Below, piece after piece: positions 1 through 9,964 of a stretch of 64,000 nucleotides of DNA (positions are counted from its first letter, which is position 1; each line of letters opens with the position of its first letter). Both the position numbers and the translations under genes were made by a program. The notes beneath the pieces were generated by a model. It searched no databases. It saw only the letters and a program-made list of their open reading frames with translations, and was not told where the DNA came from. The DNA comes from Anaerolineae bacterium (GTDB lineage Bacteria; Chloroflexota; Anaerolineae; JAAYZQ01): contig JAMJFU010000001.1 of the NCBI GenBank assembly GCA_023544525.1, positions 1,259 through 65,258 of the forward strand. Direction: 5' to 3'.

Positions 1-1
1 A

Positions 2-2326
2 AGCGTCCGTGGGGTGGTCCAGGGGGTCGGCTTCCGGCCCTTTGTCTACCGGCTGGCCCGCGACCATGGCCTCAGCGGCTGGGTGCTGAACCACTCGGGC
101 GGCGTCGAGATCGAGGTCGAGGGGCAACACGACTCCCTGGAGGCCTTTGTCCACGACCTCAGCGCCCAGGCTCCGCCCCTGGCCCGCATCGTGGCCGTGG
201 AGGTAGCGGACGCGGCCCCGGCGGGCTACGATGGTTTTGAGATACGCCACAGCGTCGCCGAGGAGGGCCGCTACCAGCTTATCTCGCCCGACATCGCCAC
301 CTGCGGCGACTGCCTCCAGGAACTGCTGGATCCGGCGGACCGCCGCTATCGCTATCCATTCACAAACTGCACCAACTGCGGGCCGCGGTTCACGATTATC
401 CGTGACATCCCCTACGACCGCCCCTTGACGACGATGCGGCCCTTTGTCATGTGCCCGGCGTGCCAGCGCGAGTACGACGACCCGCTCGATCGCCGCTTCC
501 ATGCCCAGCCCAATGCCTGCCCGGTCTGCGGCCCCCAGGTCTGGCTGGAGGCCGCCGGCCAACCAGGTGCCCGGTTGGCCGAAGGGGACGAGGCACTCCG
601 CTCCGCGGCCCGCCTGCTGCTGGAGGGCAACATCCTGGCGATCAAGGGGCTGGGCGGCTTTCACCTGGCCTGTGATGCCACGGATGCCAAGGCAGTGGGG
701 CGCCTGCGTGCCCGCAAGGGCCGCCCGGCCAAACCGATGGCGGTGATGGTGGCCAGCTTGGACGAGATCCGCCTCCATTGCAGCATTACGGAGGCAGAGG
801 AGGCACTGCTCATCAGCCAACAGTGCCCCATCGTGCTCTTGACCTGGCGGAGGGATTCCCGGGTGGTAGCAGAGGTGGCGCCCGGCAGCCGCTATCTGGG
901 CGTGATGCTGCCCTATACACCGCTGCACCACGTGCTGCTGCGCGACGCCGGCCGGCCTCTGGTCATGACCAGCGGCAATCTTTCGGAGGAGCCGATCGCC
1001 CAGGGGAACGAGGAGGCCCGCCGCCGGCTGGGGCACCTGGCCGACGCCTTTCTGCTGCACGACCGCGATATCTATGCGCGCTATGACGACAGCGTGGTCT
1101 TGATGGCCGGCCGGCCCGCAGGAGCGGATAGCGGGCGCCGCGAGGTGCCGCAGTTCATCCGCCGCTCGCGGGGCTATGCGCCCTTTCCGATCCGGCTGCC
1201 CTTTCAGGCGCGCCGGATTCTGGCCACAGGCCCGGAGCTAAAGAACACCTTCTGCCTGGCGCGCGACGATTTTGCCTTCGTGAGCCAGCACATCGGGGAC
1301 ATGGAGAACCTGGAGACGCTGGAGCATTTCGAGGCGTCTATCGAGCTCTACAAGCACCTCTTCCGCGTCGAGCCAGAGATCGTTGCCTACGATCTCCATC
1401 CAGACTATTTCGCCACCAAGTACGCCCTGGCCCGGGCCCCGGATGGCGAGCCAGGCGTACCGCGGATCCCGGTCCAACACCACGAGGCCCACATCGCCGC
1501 CTGCATGGCTGACAACGGCCATCTGCCGGAGGCTGGCCCGGTGATCGGCGTCGCCTGGGATGGCACGGGCCTGGGCCGTGACGGCCACATCTGGGGCGGC
1601 GAGTTCCTGGTGGGCGATTACCGCGGTTGCTGGCGGGCGGCCCACCTGGAGTACCTACCCATGCCGGGGGGCGAGGCGGCCATTCGCCATCCCTGGCGCC
1701 TGGCGCTGGGTTACCTGCAGGCACTGGCAGGCCAGGTACCGGCGCTGCCCGGCATCGACGACGAGCAGGTGCGCATCGTCCGCCAGCAGGTGGAGCGTGG
1801 CCTGAACACGCCGCTGACCTCAGCCGCGGGCCGGCTCTTTGACGCCGTGGCGGCGCTGGCCGGGGTGCGGCACTCTGTGACCTACGAGGCCCAGGCCGCC
1901 ATCGAGTTGGAGATGCTGGCCACCGGGTGGGGCGCCAACCGGCGACCAGCCGATGGGCCGCCGGCCTACCCTTTCGATCTGGAGCCGGTCGAGGGGCGCA
2001 CGGTCATCCGCCTGCTGCGACTGCTGGAGGCCGTGGAGCAGGACCGGGCCCGAGGCGCCAGTCCGGCCGAGATCGGCTGGCGTTTCCACCGGACCATGGC
2101 CGAGCTGCTGGTCGCAGTATGCCAGCAGCTGGCAGGCGAGACAGGGCTGCGCACCGTGGCCCTGAGCGGAGGTTGTTTCCAGAACAGGCTTCTCCTGGCG
2201 CTCTCCGTGCCGCGGCTGGAGGAAGCGGGCTTCGAGGTCCTGCTGCACCAGCAGGTGCCGTGCAACGACGGCGGTGTCAGCCTGGGGCAGGTGGCCCTGG
2301 CCCAGTTTGCCCAGGCCGAGGTGTAG
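2..2326 (+). CDS. hypF: Carbamoyltransferase HypF (5' partial, runs off window start)
   Basis: Acylphosphatase motif VQGVGFRPFVYRLA at window edge, two CxxC...CxxC zinc-finger pairs, YrdC-like and Kae1-like C-terminal domains; ORF 14..2326 in same frame extended to pos 2. Confidence 0.9.
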   Translation, partial: SVRGVVQGVGFRPFVYRLARDHGLSGWVLNHSGGVEIEVEGQHDSLEAFVHDLSAQAPPLARIVAVEVADAAPAGYDGFEIRHSVAEEGRYQLISPDIATCGDCLQELLDPADRRYRYPFTNCTNCGPRFTIIRDIPYDRPLTTMRPFVMCPACQREYDDPLDRRFHAQPNACPVCGPQVWLEAAGQPGARLAEGDEALRSAARLLLEGNILAIKGLGGFHLACDATDAKAVGRLRARKGRPAKPMAVMVASLDEIRLHCSITEAEEALLISQQCPIVLLTWRRDSRVVAEVAPGSRYLGVMLPYTPLHHVLLRDAGRPLVMTSGNLSEEPIAQGNEEARRRLGHLADAFLLHDRDIYARYDDSVVLMAGRPAGADSGRREVPQFIRRSRGYAPFPIRLPFQARRILATGPELKNTFCLARDDFAFVSQHIGDMENLETLEHFEASIELYKHLFRVEPEIVAYDLHPDYFATKYALARAPDGEPGVPRIPVQHHEAHIAACMADNGHLPEAGPVIGVAWDGTGLGRDGHIWGGEFLVGDYRGCWRAAHLEYLPMPGGEAAIRHPWRLALGYLQALAGQVPALPGIDDEQVRIVRQQVERGLNTPLTSAAGRLFDAVAALAGVRHSVTYEAQAAIELEMLATGWGANRRPADGPPAYPFDLEPVEGRTVIRLLRLLEAVEQDRARGASPAEIGWRFHRTMAELLVAVCQQLAGETGLRTVALSGGCFQNRLLLALSVPRLEEAGFEVLLHQQVPCNDGGVSLGQVALAQFAQAEV

Positions 2327-2330
2327 GATC

Positions 2331-3422
2331 ATGAAATATATCGACGAGTTCCGCGACCCCGACCTGGCCCGGGCTCTCCTGGGCCGGATCGAGAGGCGCT
2401 CGCGCCAACCGGTACGGCTGATGGAGTTCTGCGGCGGGCATACGCACGCCATCCTGCGTTATGGCCTGCGCACACTGCTGCCCGATCACGTCGACCTGCG
2501 CTCTGGCCCGGGTTGTCCTGTGTGCGTGACGGCCAACGCCGATCTGGACCGGGCCATCGCCCTGGCCCACGTGCCGGGCCTGATCCTGACCACCTTTGGA
2601 GACATGATCCGGGTGCCGGGCAGTGCCCACACGCTGCAGGATGCCAAGGCGGCTGGCGCCGACGTGCGTATGGTCTATTCCACCCTGGACGCACTCAAGG
2701 TCGCGCGCGTGAACCCAGACCGGCAGGTCGTCTTTTTGGGCGTGGGGTTCGAGACGACGGCACCCACGGTCGCGGCGGCCATCGCCCAGGCAGAGGCGCA
2801 GGGCCTGGAGAATTTCTCGGTGCTGAGCCTGCACAAGCTTACGCCCCCCGCGACGCGGGCCATCCTGGACGCCGGCGAGGTACAGCTCCAGGGCATTATC
2901 GGCCCCGGTCACGTGACGACGATCATCGGCGCCGATGCCTGGCAGTTCCTGCCGCAGGATTATGGCGTGCCGCTGGCCGTGGCCGGCTTTGAGCCGCTGG
3001 ACATCCTGCGGGCCGTGGCCGACCTGGTGGACATGATCGAGGAAGGGCGGCCCGGTATCTCCAACTCGTACGCGAGGAGTGTGAGCCCTGAGGGCAACCC
3101 CACGGCCCTGTCGATCATGGACCAGGTCTTTGAGGTCGTGCCGGCCGAGTGGCGTGGGCTGGGGACGGTGCCTGGGAGCGGGCTGGCAATCCGTCCGGAG
3201 TACGCGCGCTTTGATGCCGGCCGGCGCTTTGAGGTGGACCCGGGTCCCACGCGGGAGCACAGGGGCTGCCGCTGTGGTGACGTGCTGCGAGGCACAGTGA
3301 CACCACCACAGTGCCCGCTGTTCGGCAAAGCCTGCACACCCGCCCGGCCCATTGGCCCGTGCATGGTGTCGGCCGAGGGCGCCTGCGCGGCCTTTTACCA
3401 GTTTGGACGGGATCCACTATGA
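2331..3422 (+). CDS. hypD: Hydrogenase maturation factor HypD
   Basis: MKYIDEFRDPDLA N-terminus, CGGHTHA, GPGCPVC and C-terminal CPLFGKACTP motifs typical of HypD; start 4 nt after hypF stop. Confidence 0.9.
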   Translation: MKYIDEFRDPDLARALLGRIERRSRQPVRLMEFCGGHTHAILRYGLRTLLPDHVDLRSGPGCPVCVTANADLDRAIALAHVPGLILTTFGDMIRVPGSAHTLQDAKAAGADVRMVYSTLDALKVARVNPDRQVVFLGVGFETTAPTVAAAIAQAEAQGLENFSVLSLHKLTPPATRAILDAGEVQLQGIIGPGHVTTIIGADAWQFLPQDYGVPLAVAGFEPLDILRAVADLVDMIEEGRPGISNSYARSVSPEGNPTALSIMDQVFEVVPAEWRGLGTVPGSGLAIRPEYARFDAGRRFEVDPGPTREHRGCRCGDVLRGTVTPPQCPLFGKACTPARPIGPCMVSAEGACAAFYQFGRDPL

Positions 3423-4483
3423 GCGACGAGGTCATCCTGCTGGCCCATGGCTCCGGTGGCAAGCTCAGCCACGACCTGGTGGAGCGTCTCTTCCTGCGCC
3501 ATTTCGACAACCCCACCCTGCTCCAACTCGACGATGCGGCCGTGCTGCCCATGCCCGGCATGTCCGGACCTGCCCACCAACCTCCCCGTGCGGGCCAGCC
3601 TGCCAACCCGCGCCTGGCCTTCACCACCGACAGCTATGTGGTCAGTCCCCTCTTTTTCCCGGGCGGCGATATTGGCAAGTTGGCAGTGTGCGGTACCGTC
3701 AATGACCTGAGCATGAGCGGCGCCCGTCCCCTGTGGCTGAGCGCCGGGTTCATCATCGAAGAAGGCTTGCCCCTGGCTGACCTGGAGCGGATCGTGGCTT
3801 CTATGGCTTCCACGGCGGAGGAAGCCGGTGTCCAGATCGTCGCCGGCGATACAAAGGTCGTGGATCGGGGCAGCGCAGACCGGCTGTTCATCAACACGGC
3901 GGGGGTGGGTGTGGTGGCGCCAGACGTCGAGATGAGCGGCGATCGTGGCCGGGCGGGCGACGTGGTGTTGATCAGCGGCACCATCGGCGACCATGGCATG
4001 ACCATCATGACCCAGCGCGAGGGCCTGCAGTTCGACAGTCCCCTGGTGAGCGACTGTGCCGCCTTGAATGGGATGGTGGCGCGCCTGCTGGCCGCCGTGC
4101 CCGCGGGCAGCATCCACTGCCTGCGCGATCCGACGCGGGGCGGCCTGGCCACGACCCTCAACGAACTGGCAGCACGCTCGGGCGTGGGCATCGAGGTCGA
4201 AGAAATGGCGGTGCCTGTGCGGGATGCGGTGCGCGGGTCCTGCGAGCTGCTGGGCCTCGACCCGTTCTACGTGGCCAACGAAGGCAAGCTGGTAGCGCTG
4301 GTAGCGCCCCAGGCAGCCAGCGCTGCCCTGACCGCCCTGCGGGCCCATCCCCTGGGGGGCGAGGCCAACGTCATTGGCCAGGTGACGGCAGATCACCCCG
4401 GGCGGGTGGTGCTGCGGACGGCTCTGGGTGCCCGCCGCGTCCTGGACATGCTGGTCGGCGAGCAACTTCCCCGCATCTGCTGA
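3418..4483 (+). CDS. hypE: Hydrogenase maturation factor HypE (PurM/AIR-synthase-like), with a short Pro/Gln-rich insertion near N-terminus
   Basis: ILLAHGSGGK, TTDSYVV, GGDIGKLAVCGTVNDL motifs; ATGA overlap with hypD stop. Confidence 0.88.
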
Positions 4484-4630
4484 CGTGCACGCGGCACGTC
4501 TTCCTAGCCGCAGGCGCAGCCTGCCAGGGCGCCAGTCCCTTCCGGCCGGCGCGCCTCCTGGAGTCCGGGGCGGCTGCCCTGGGCTCGGCCAGATACTTGC
4601 TTGTCCGCCTTCGTGGCCACAGAGGACGAC

Positions 4631-4659
4631 TTGACAAGCAACTATTCTTCCTGTATTAT
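4631..4659 (+). promoter_or_regulatory. Sigma70-like promoter TTGACA-17-TATTAT upstream of receiver gene
   Basis: Consensus -35 TTGACA (4631-4636) and -10 TATTAT (4654-4659); 9-bp inverted repeat (4597-4606 / 4633-4641) overlaps the -35. Confidence 0.5.
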
Positions 4660-4823
4660 TGGCTGATGTGAGTTTGTTCAAAATGGAGCAATCGCCTGCC
4701 AGGGACGAGGGCTGTTTGCCTGTGGACGATTCCGTGGAAAAGCCACCGGAGCCCGCCACACTCCTGAAAGAGGGAGAGGCTTTTTTGGTGGAAGCAGGGA
4801 AACCCAAGAAGGAGCGCGGAACC

Positions 4824-5228
4824 ATGTCTGAAGAGAAGCGACATATCCTGGTGGTTGACGACGACGTCCAACTGGTAGACTCGGTCACAACCCTGTTGGA
4901 GAGTGTGGGCTATTCGGTGTCCTATGCCTACCATCCCGAGAAGGCCCTCGACCTGGCCAAGGAAACAAGGCCGGACCTGATCTTGCTGGACATTATGTTC
5001 GCGGGACCGCCAGGGCCCGATGGAGTCGAGGTCTCGAGACAGATCCATCGCGACCCCGAGATCCAGGACATCCCCGTGATCATGCTGTCGGGGGTCAAAA
5101 AGGTCCTGGACATGCCGGTCCACCTGGCACACGACGAGGACTATATGCCGGTCAAGGCCTTTCTGGAGAAGCCCTTCGAGCCAGAGCAGCTGCTGGCCGA
5201 GGTAGAAAAGGTCCTGGGGTCACTTTAA
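4824..5228 (+). CDS. Single-domain CheY-like response regulator receiver (atypical insertion after phospho-acceptor Asp)
   Basis: ILVVDDD...LILLDIMF...PVIMLSG receiver signature; AAGGAG RBS 8 nt upstream of ATG 4824 (longer ORF from 4659 lies upstream of predicted TSS). Confidence 0.75.
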   Translation: MSEEKRHILVVDDDVQLVDSVTTLLESVGYSVSYAYHPEKALDLAKETRPDLILLDIMFAGPPGPDGVEVSRQIHRDPEIQDIPVIMLSGVKKVLDMPVHLAHDEDYMPVKAFLEKPFEPEQLLAEVEKVLGSL

Positions 5229-5233
5229 CTTGT

Positions 5234-5263
5234 TTGACGCCTTTCCTGGTTTCATGTTATAAT
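5234..5263 (+). promoter_or_regulatory. Sigma70-like promoter TTGACG-18-TATAAT upstream of hdr-like operon
   Basis: Sequence motifs at 5234-5239 and 5258-5263, ~110 nt upstream of ATG 5377. Confidence 0.5.
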
Positions 5264-5376
5264 GCGCTGGTTGTTCACCTGGCAATCATACTTGACATGT
5301 CCTGAACCGGCTGCACATCGCATCCGACAACAACGCCGCAGCTTGTTGTAGTCTCTGCTGACCAGGAGGAGGGATC

Positions 5377-6561
5377 ATGGCGGATCGTCTGACCGGTTCC
5401 GAGCAGGACCTCTTTGCCGCAGTGCTGGGCCTGCGGGGTGGTGAGCGGATCAGCGCCTGCTACCAATGCGGGACCTGCTCCGGCTCCTGCCCTACTGCTG
5501 CGATCATGGAGTACAATCCCCGCCGCATCCTCCACATGCTGCGCCTGGGTCTGGGGGAACGCGTGCTCAAGAGCCAGGCAATCTGGCTATGCACTGCCTG
5601 TTACTCCTGTACCGCCCGCTGCCCCCGCGAGATCAAGATCAGCGATGCTATGCTCAGCTTGCGCCGCCTCACAATAGACCGCGGGCTGGATCTGCCCGCG
5701 AACCTGGCGACCATGCGGGATACGGTGACCCACCACCACAACATCTCGGGCGATGACAATGCCAGCCGCCTCATCTGGAGTGACAACCTGGAGGAGGGTG
5801 CTCTTGCCTTCCGGCAGAAGCGCCGTGCAGAGGTTGCTTTCTACGTCGGCTGCGTGGCCTCCTTCTACCCCATGGTCTATGGCATTCCCCAGGCTATGGT
5901 CCAGGTGATGGACCGGGCGGGTGTGGATTTCGCTGCACTTGGCGGTGAGGAATGGTGCTGCGGTTACCCTCTGTACACCGCCGGGATGGAGGGCCTGCTC
6001 GCCGAGCTGATGGCCCATAACGTGGCGCGCGTGCAGGAGATGGGGGCCAAAACCCTGGTGACGACCTGCCCCTCCTGCTATTACACCTGGTCGCACCTCT
6101 ATCCGGAGTTGGAATCCAAGCCCCTTGGCTTCGAGGTGCTGCATGCCTCGCAGTTTCTGGCCCGGCTGGTGGGCGATTCCGCTGTGAAGCTGGGAAGCTT
6201 TGAGCAGACGGTGACCTATCACGATCCGTGCGATCTGGGGCGCAAGAGCGGCATTTTTGACGCCCCGCGGCAGGTCATCGAGGCGATGCCGGGCATTGAG
6301 TTTCGGGAGATGGATGCCCATCGTGAGAACGCTCTTTGCTGCGGCGGGGGAGGGGACGTCCAGATGGTGGACGAACGGGTGACTGAGACGGTCGCTTCGC
6401 GGCGTCTTGGCCAGGCCCAGCAGACGGGCGCGCGGGTGATCCTTTCGGCCTGCCAGCAGTGTAAGCGGACCTTGATGGCTGCCACCCGCCGGGACAAGGT
6501 ACGTATGCGGGTCATGGACCTCTCTGAATTGGTTTTGCGGGCGATGGAGGGCGGAGCATGA
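5377..6561 (+). CDS. Heterodisulfide reductase-like Fe-S protein, HdrC/HdrB fusion (HdrD/GlpC-like; 2x[4Fe-4S] ferredoxin + two CCG domains)
   Basis: CYQCGTCSGSCP and CTACYSCTARCP ferredoxin motifs followed by Cys-rich CCG-type segments (EEWCCGYP, CPSCYY, HDPCDLG, CCGGGG). Confidence 0.75.
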   Translation: MADRLTGSEQDLFAAVLGLRGGERISACYQCGTCSGSCPTAAIMEYNPRRILHMLRLGLGERVLKSQAIWLCTACYSCTARCPREIKISDAMLSLRRLTIDRGLDLPANLATMRDTVTHHHNISGDDNASRLIWSDNLEEGALAFRQKRRAEVAFYVGCVASFYPMVYGIPQAMVQVMDRAGVDFAALGGEEWCCGYPLYTAGMEGLLAELMAHNVARVQEMGAKTLVTTCPSCYYTWSHLYPELESKPLGFEVLHASQFLARLVGDSAVKLGSFEQTVTYHDPCDLGRKSGIFDAPRQVIEAMPGIEFREMDAHRENALCCGGGGDVQMVDERVTETVASRRLGQAQQTGARVILSACQQCKRTLMAATRRDKVRMRVMDLSELVLRAMEGGA

Positions 6562-9500
6562 GAATTGGTGTCTACGTCTGCTACTGTGGATCCAACATCG
6601 CCGGGACGGTGGACGTCGAGGCGGTGGCCAGGTATGCTGAGCAACTGGACGGCGTATTCGTGGCTCGCACCAACAAGTACACCTGTTCCGATCCGGGGCA
6701 GGAGAGCATCCGCCACGACATCTGCGAGTACGGTGTCGACCGGGTGGTTGTAGCTGCCTGCTCGCCGCGCATGCACGAGCGGACCTTCCGCGGGACGCTA
6801 CACTCGGTAGGCCTGAACCCCTACTTTCTGGAGATAGCCAACCTCCGCGAGCACTGTTCCTGGGTGCATACGGACATGGTCACAGCCACGGCCAAGGCAA
6901 AAGACTTGATCCGGGCCGCCGTGGAACGGGTGCGCCGGCACGAACCACTCTATCCTCGCCAGGAACCGGTCACCCGGTCGGCCATGGTGGTCGGCGGGGG
7001 CATCGCTGGCATCCAGGCCGCGCTGGACATCGCCAATTCAGGATACCCGGTCTATCTGGTTGAGCGACAGCCATCTGTCGGCGGGCACATGGCCCAGTTG
7101 GACAAGACCTTCCCCACCCTCGATTGTTCGGCCTGCATCCTCACGCCCAAAATGGTAGACCTTGCGGCGCACCCCAACGTCCACCTGTTGGACTATAGCG
7201 AGGTGGAAGATGTGCAGGGCTATGTCGGCAACTTTCGGGTGAAGGTCCGGCGCAAGCCACGCTACGTCGACGTAGACAAATGCACCGGCTGCGGAACCTG
7301 TGCCGAGGCCTGCCCACGCGAGCTGCCCAGCGAGTTCGACCTGGGGCTCGCCAAACGCAAAGTGATCTACCGGCCCTTTCCCCAGGCAGTGCCCAACGCC
7401 TTTGTGATCGACAAAGTGGGCATTGCACCTTGCCAGAATGCCTGTCCGGCAGGCCAGCATGCCCAGGGCTATATCTCCTACATCCGGGAAGGCCGGTTCG
7501 AAGAGGCCCTGCGCATCATTCGCGAGGACAACCCCTTTGCCAGCGTTTGCGGCCGGACCTGCCACCACCCCTGTGAGGGCAACTGCAACCGGCGCCTGGT
7601 CGACGAGTCCATCGCCATCATGGAGCTGAAGCGCTTTGTGGTGGATTATGTCTATGCCCGGGGTCTGCCACGCCCCATCGAGCCGGTGTCCCAGACGCGT
7701 GAGGAGCGCGTGGCGATCGTTGGCTCTGGGCCCTCCGGCTTGACGGCGGCTCAGCACCTGAACAAGATGGGCTATGGCGTGACCGTGTTCGAGGCGCTCC
7801 CGGTGGCTGGAGGCATGATGCGCACGGGCATCCCGGAGCATCGCTTGCCCAAAGGCATCCTACAGCGCGACATCGACGACATCCTGGCCCTGGGTGTGCA
7901 GTTGCGGCTGAATAGCCCGGTCGGCCAGCCGGCGACACTGCTCAAAGCCCATGGTGGCAATTACGATGCAGTCTATCTGGCAACCGGTGTGAGCCGGACC
8001 ACGAGTCTGGGGATACCGGGCGAAGAACTGACGGGCGTGCTGTCGGGCATCGCGTTTTTGAGGCACGTCAGCCTCGGCCGGCCTGTGCGGATCGGGAAGA
8101 GAGTCGCCGTGGTAGGGGGCGGCATCACCGCCGTGGATGCAGCCACCACGGCCCTGCGCCTGGGGGCTGAAGAGGTGAGCCTGGTCTACCGTCGATCCAG
8201 GGGCGAGATACCGGCCTATTCCTGGGAGCTGGAAGAGGCAGAGGCAGAGGGTGTCCGTCTGTTGACCAACACCGTGGCCACGCGCATCCTGGACAACGAC
8301 GGCTGTGTGAGCGGAATGGAATGTGCCCAGTCGCGGCAGCTGAGCAAGATCGACGACAGTGGCAAGCGGGTGGTCGTGCCCGATCCGGGCACAGAGTTTG
8401 TCATGGAGGTGGACACCGTCATCCGGGCCATCGGCCAGTTCTCCGACCAGGTATTCCTAGAGGAGCCATTCGATACGATGGTGGGTGACCAGGAAACGCT
8501 GGCCACGGGGATCAGCGGGCTCTTTGCCGGCCGCGGGGCTGTCGCGGGTGCTGGGTTCGTCATCAATGCCGTGGCCTCGGGACACGAGGCTGCCCGCTCC
8601 ATCCATCGCTACCTGCAGGGTGAGCCCCTGCAACAGGCGGAGCCCAACAAGCGGCCGGTGGAAAAGTGGACCCGCGAGGAAGCAGAGACCAAGGTGCGGC
8701 TGGGCGCCATCGTACCCACACCACGCCAAGAGCCAGCGCGCCTATCCCTGGAGGAACGGGTAGAGACCTTCCGGGAAGTAGTGCTGCCCCTGACGAAGGA
8801 GCAGGCCATGGCCGAAGCAGCCCGCTGCCTGGACTGTGGCATCTGCTCCGAGTGCTACCGCTGCGTGTGGGCCTGCGAGCGAGAGGCCATCGACCACAAC
8901 ATGCAGGAGCGGGTGGAAGAGCTTGAGGTCGGGGCCATCGTGCTGGCGACGGGTTTCGAGCTGTATGACGCCCGAAATTTGCCGCAATATGGTTATGGAC
9001 GCCATGAGAACGTGTATACTGCGCTGGAGGTGGAGCGGCTGGTCAACGCCAGCGGCCCAACCGGGGGCCACGTCGTCTTGAGAGACGGGCGCGAGCCCGG
9101 CGCCGTGGCCATCCTTCACTGCATCGGCAGCCGGGACCGGCAGCACAACGCCTACTGCTCCCGCGTCTGCTGCATGTACTCGATGAAACTGGCCCACCTG
9201 ATCCGGGAAAAGACCCACGCCCAGGTCTATGAATTCTATTTCGACATTACTGCCTACGGCAAAGGCTATGCCGAATTCTATGAGCGCATCCAGGAGGAAG
9301 GCGTCATCTTTGTGCGGGGCAAGGGCGCCGAGGTCGGAAGAGGGCCCGGTGGCGGCTTGGTCGTCCGCGCCGAGGAGACCCTGCTGGGTGAGATTGTAGA
9401 GATCCCCGTAGACATGGTCGTGCTGTCCACGGCCATGGTGCCCGCCGCCGATGCCGAGCAGCTGGCCCAGCTCTTCCACGTCAGCCGCAGCGAGGATGGC

Positions 9501-9929
9501 TTTTTCCTGGAAGCGCATCCCAAGCTGCGGCCCGTGGAAACCGCCATGGACGGCATTTACCTGGCCGGTACGTGCCAGGCGCCCAAGGACATCCCCGATA
9601 CAGTGTCCCAGGCGAGCGGTGCGGCGGTCCAGGCCGTGGCGCTGCTAAACCGGGGCCAGGTCGAGATCGAACCGATGACCGCTGAAGTACTCCCCCTGCG
9701 CTGCGTTGCCTGTGGCCTATGCGCCGAAGTATGCCCGGCCGGAGCAGTGCGCATGGTCGATACGCGTGGCGGCAGGCTGGCCGAGATCAACCCGGCCCTG
9801 TGCAAGGGCTGTGGCCTGTGCGTCGCCGCCTGCCGGGGCGGGGCGATCACCCTGCACGGCTTTACGGACCAGCAGCTATTGGACCAGTTAACGGCCCTGC
9901 TGCGCCCCGCGGCCCTTGTGCCTGCGTGA
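6558..9929 (+). CDS. hdrA: HdrA-like FAD flavoprotein fused with GltD/NfnB-like NAD(P)H-binding module (HdrL-type), 1123 aa
   Basis: N-terminal Cys-cluster domain (CYCGSNIAG), FAD GxGxxG (VVGGGIAGIQAAL), inserted ferredoxin (CTGCGTCAEACP), internal GltD-like segment (CQNACPAG...RTCHHPCEGNC...IVGSGPSGLTAA...VAVVGGGITAVD), HdrA C-terminal region and CVACGLCAEVCP / CKGCGLCVAAC ferredoxin; ATGA overlap with upstream gene. Confidence 0.8.
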   Translation: MRIGVYVCYCGSNIAGTVDVEAVARYAEQLDGVFVARTNKYTCSDPGQESIRHDICEYGVDRVVVAACSPRMHERTFRGTLHSVGLNPYFLEIANLREHCSWVHTDMVTATAKAKDLIRAAVERVRRHEPLYPRQEPVTRSAMVVGGGIAGIQAALDIANSGYPVYLVERQPSVGGHMAQLDKTFPTLDCSACILTPKMVDLAAHPNVHLLDYSEVEDVQGYVGNFRVKVRRKPRYVDVDKCTGCGTCAEACPRELPSEFDLGLAKRKVIYRPFPQAVPNAFVIDKVGIAPCQNACPAGQHAQGYISYIREGRFEEALRIIREDNPFASVCGRTCHHPCEGNCNRRLVDESIAIMELKRFVVDYVYARGLPRPIEPVSQTREERVAIVGSGPSGLTAAQHLNKMGYGVTVFEALPVAGGMMRTGIPEHRLPKGILQRDIDDILALGVQLRLNSPVGQPATLLKAHGGNYDAVYLATGVSRTTSLGIPGEELTGVLSGIAFLRHVSLGRPVRIGKRVAVVGGGITAVDAATTALRLGAEEVSLVYRRSRGEIPAYSWELEEAEAEGVRLLTNTVATRILDNDGCVSGMECAQSRQLSKIDDSGKRVVVPDPGTEFVMEVDTVIRAIGQFSDQVFLEEPFDTMVGDQETLATGISGLFAGRGAVAGAGFVINAVASGHEAARSIHRYLQGEPLQQAEPNKRPVEKWTREEAETKVRLGAIVPTPRQEPARLSLEERVETFREVVLPLTKEQAMAEAARCLDCGICSECYRCVWACEREAIDHNMQERVEELEVGAIVLATGFELYDARNLPQYGYGRHENVYTALEVERLVNASGPTGGHVVLRDGREPGAVAILHCIGSRDRQHNAYCSRVCCMYSMKLAHLIREKTHAQVYEFYFDITAYGKGYAEFYERIQEEGVIFVRGKGAEVGRGPGGGLVVRAEETLLGEIVEIPVDMVVLSTAMVPAADAEQLAQLFHVSRSEDGFFLEAHPKLRPVETAMDGIYLAGTCQAPKDIPDTVSQASGAAVQAVALLNRGQVEIEPMTAEVLPLRCVACGLCAEVCPAGAVRMVDTRGGRLAEINPALCKGCGLCVAACRGGAITLHGFTDQQLLDQLTALLRPAALVPA

Positions 9930-9964
9930 CCGGGCGCCGGGCCCTATCAAGGAGGAAAGACCCT

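Noticed and set aside
2277-3260. 327-aa minus-strand ORF antisense to hypD
   Set aside because: Same reasoning; Arg/Pro/Gly-rich junk translation.
4659-4823. Longer N-terminal extension of the receiver protein (ORF start 4659 or 4683)
   Set aside because: Predicted promoter -10 ends at 4659 so the ATG at 4659 would not be transcribed; no RBS. ATG 4824 has AAGGAG at ideal spacing and matches receiver N-termini.
3395-4888. 497-aa minus-strand ORF antisense to hypE
   Set aside because: Typical GC-rich antisense open frame; no motifs, low-complexity Ala/Gly/Arg/Pro-rich translation, fully overlaps a confidently assigned gene.
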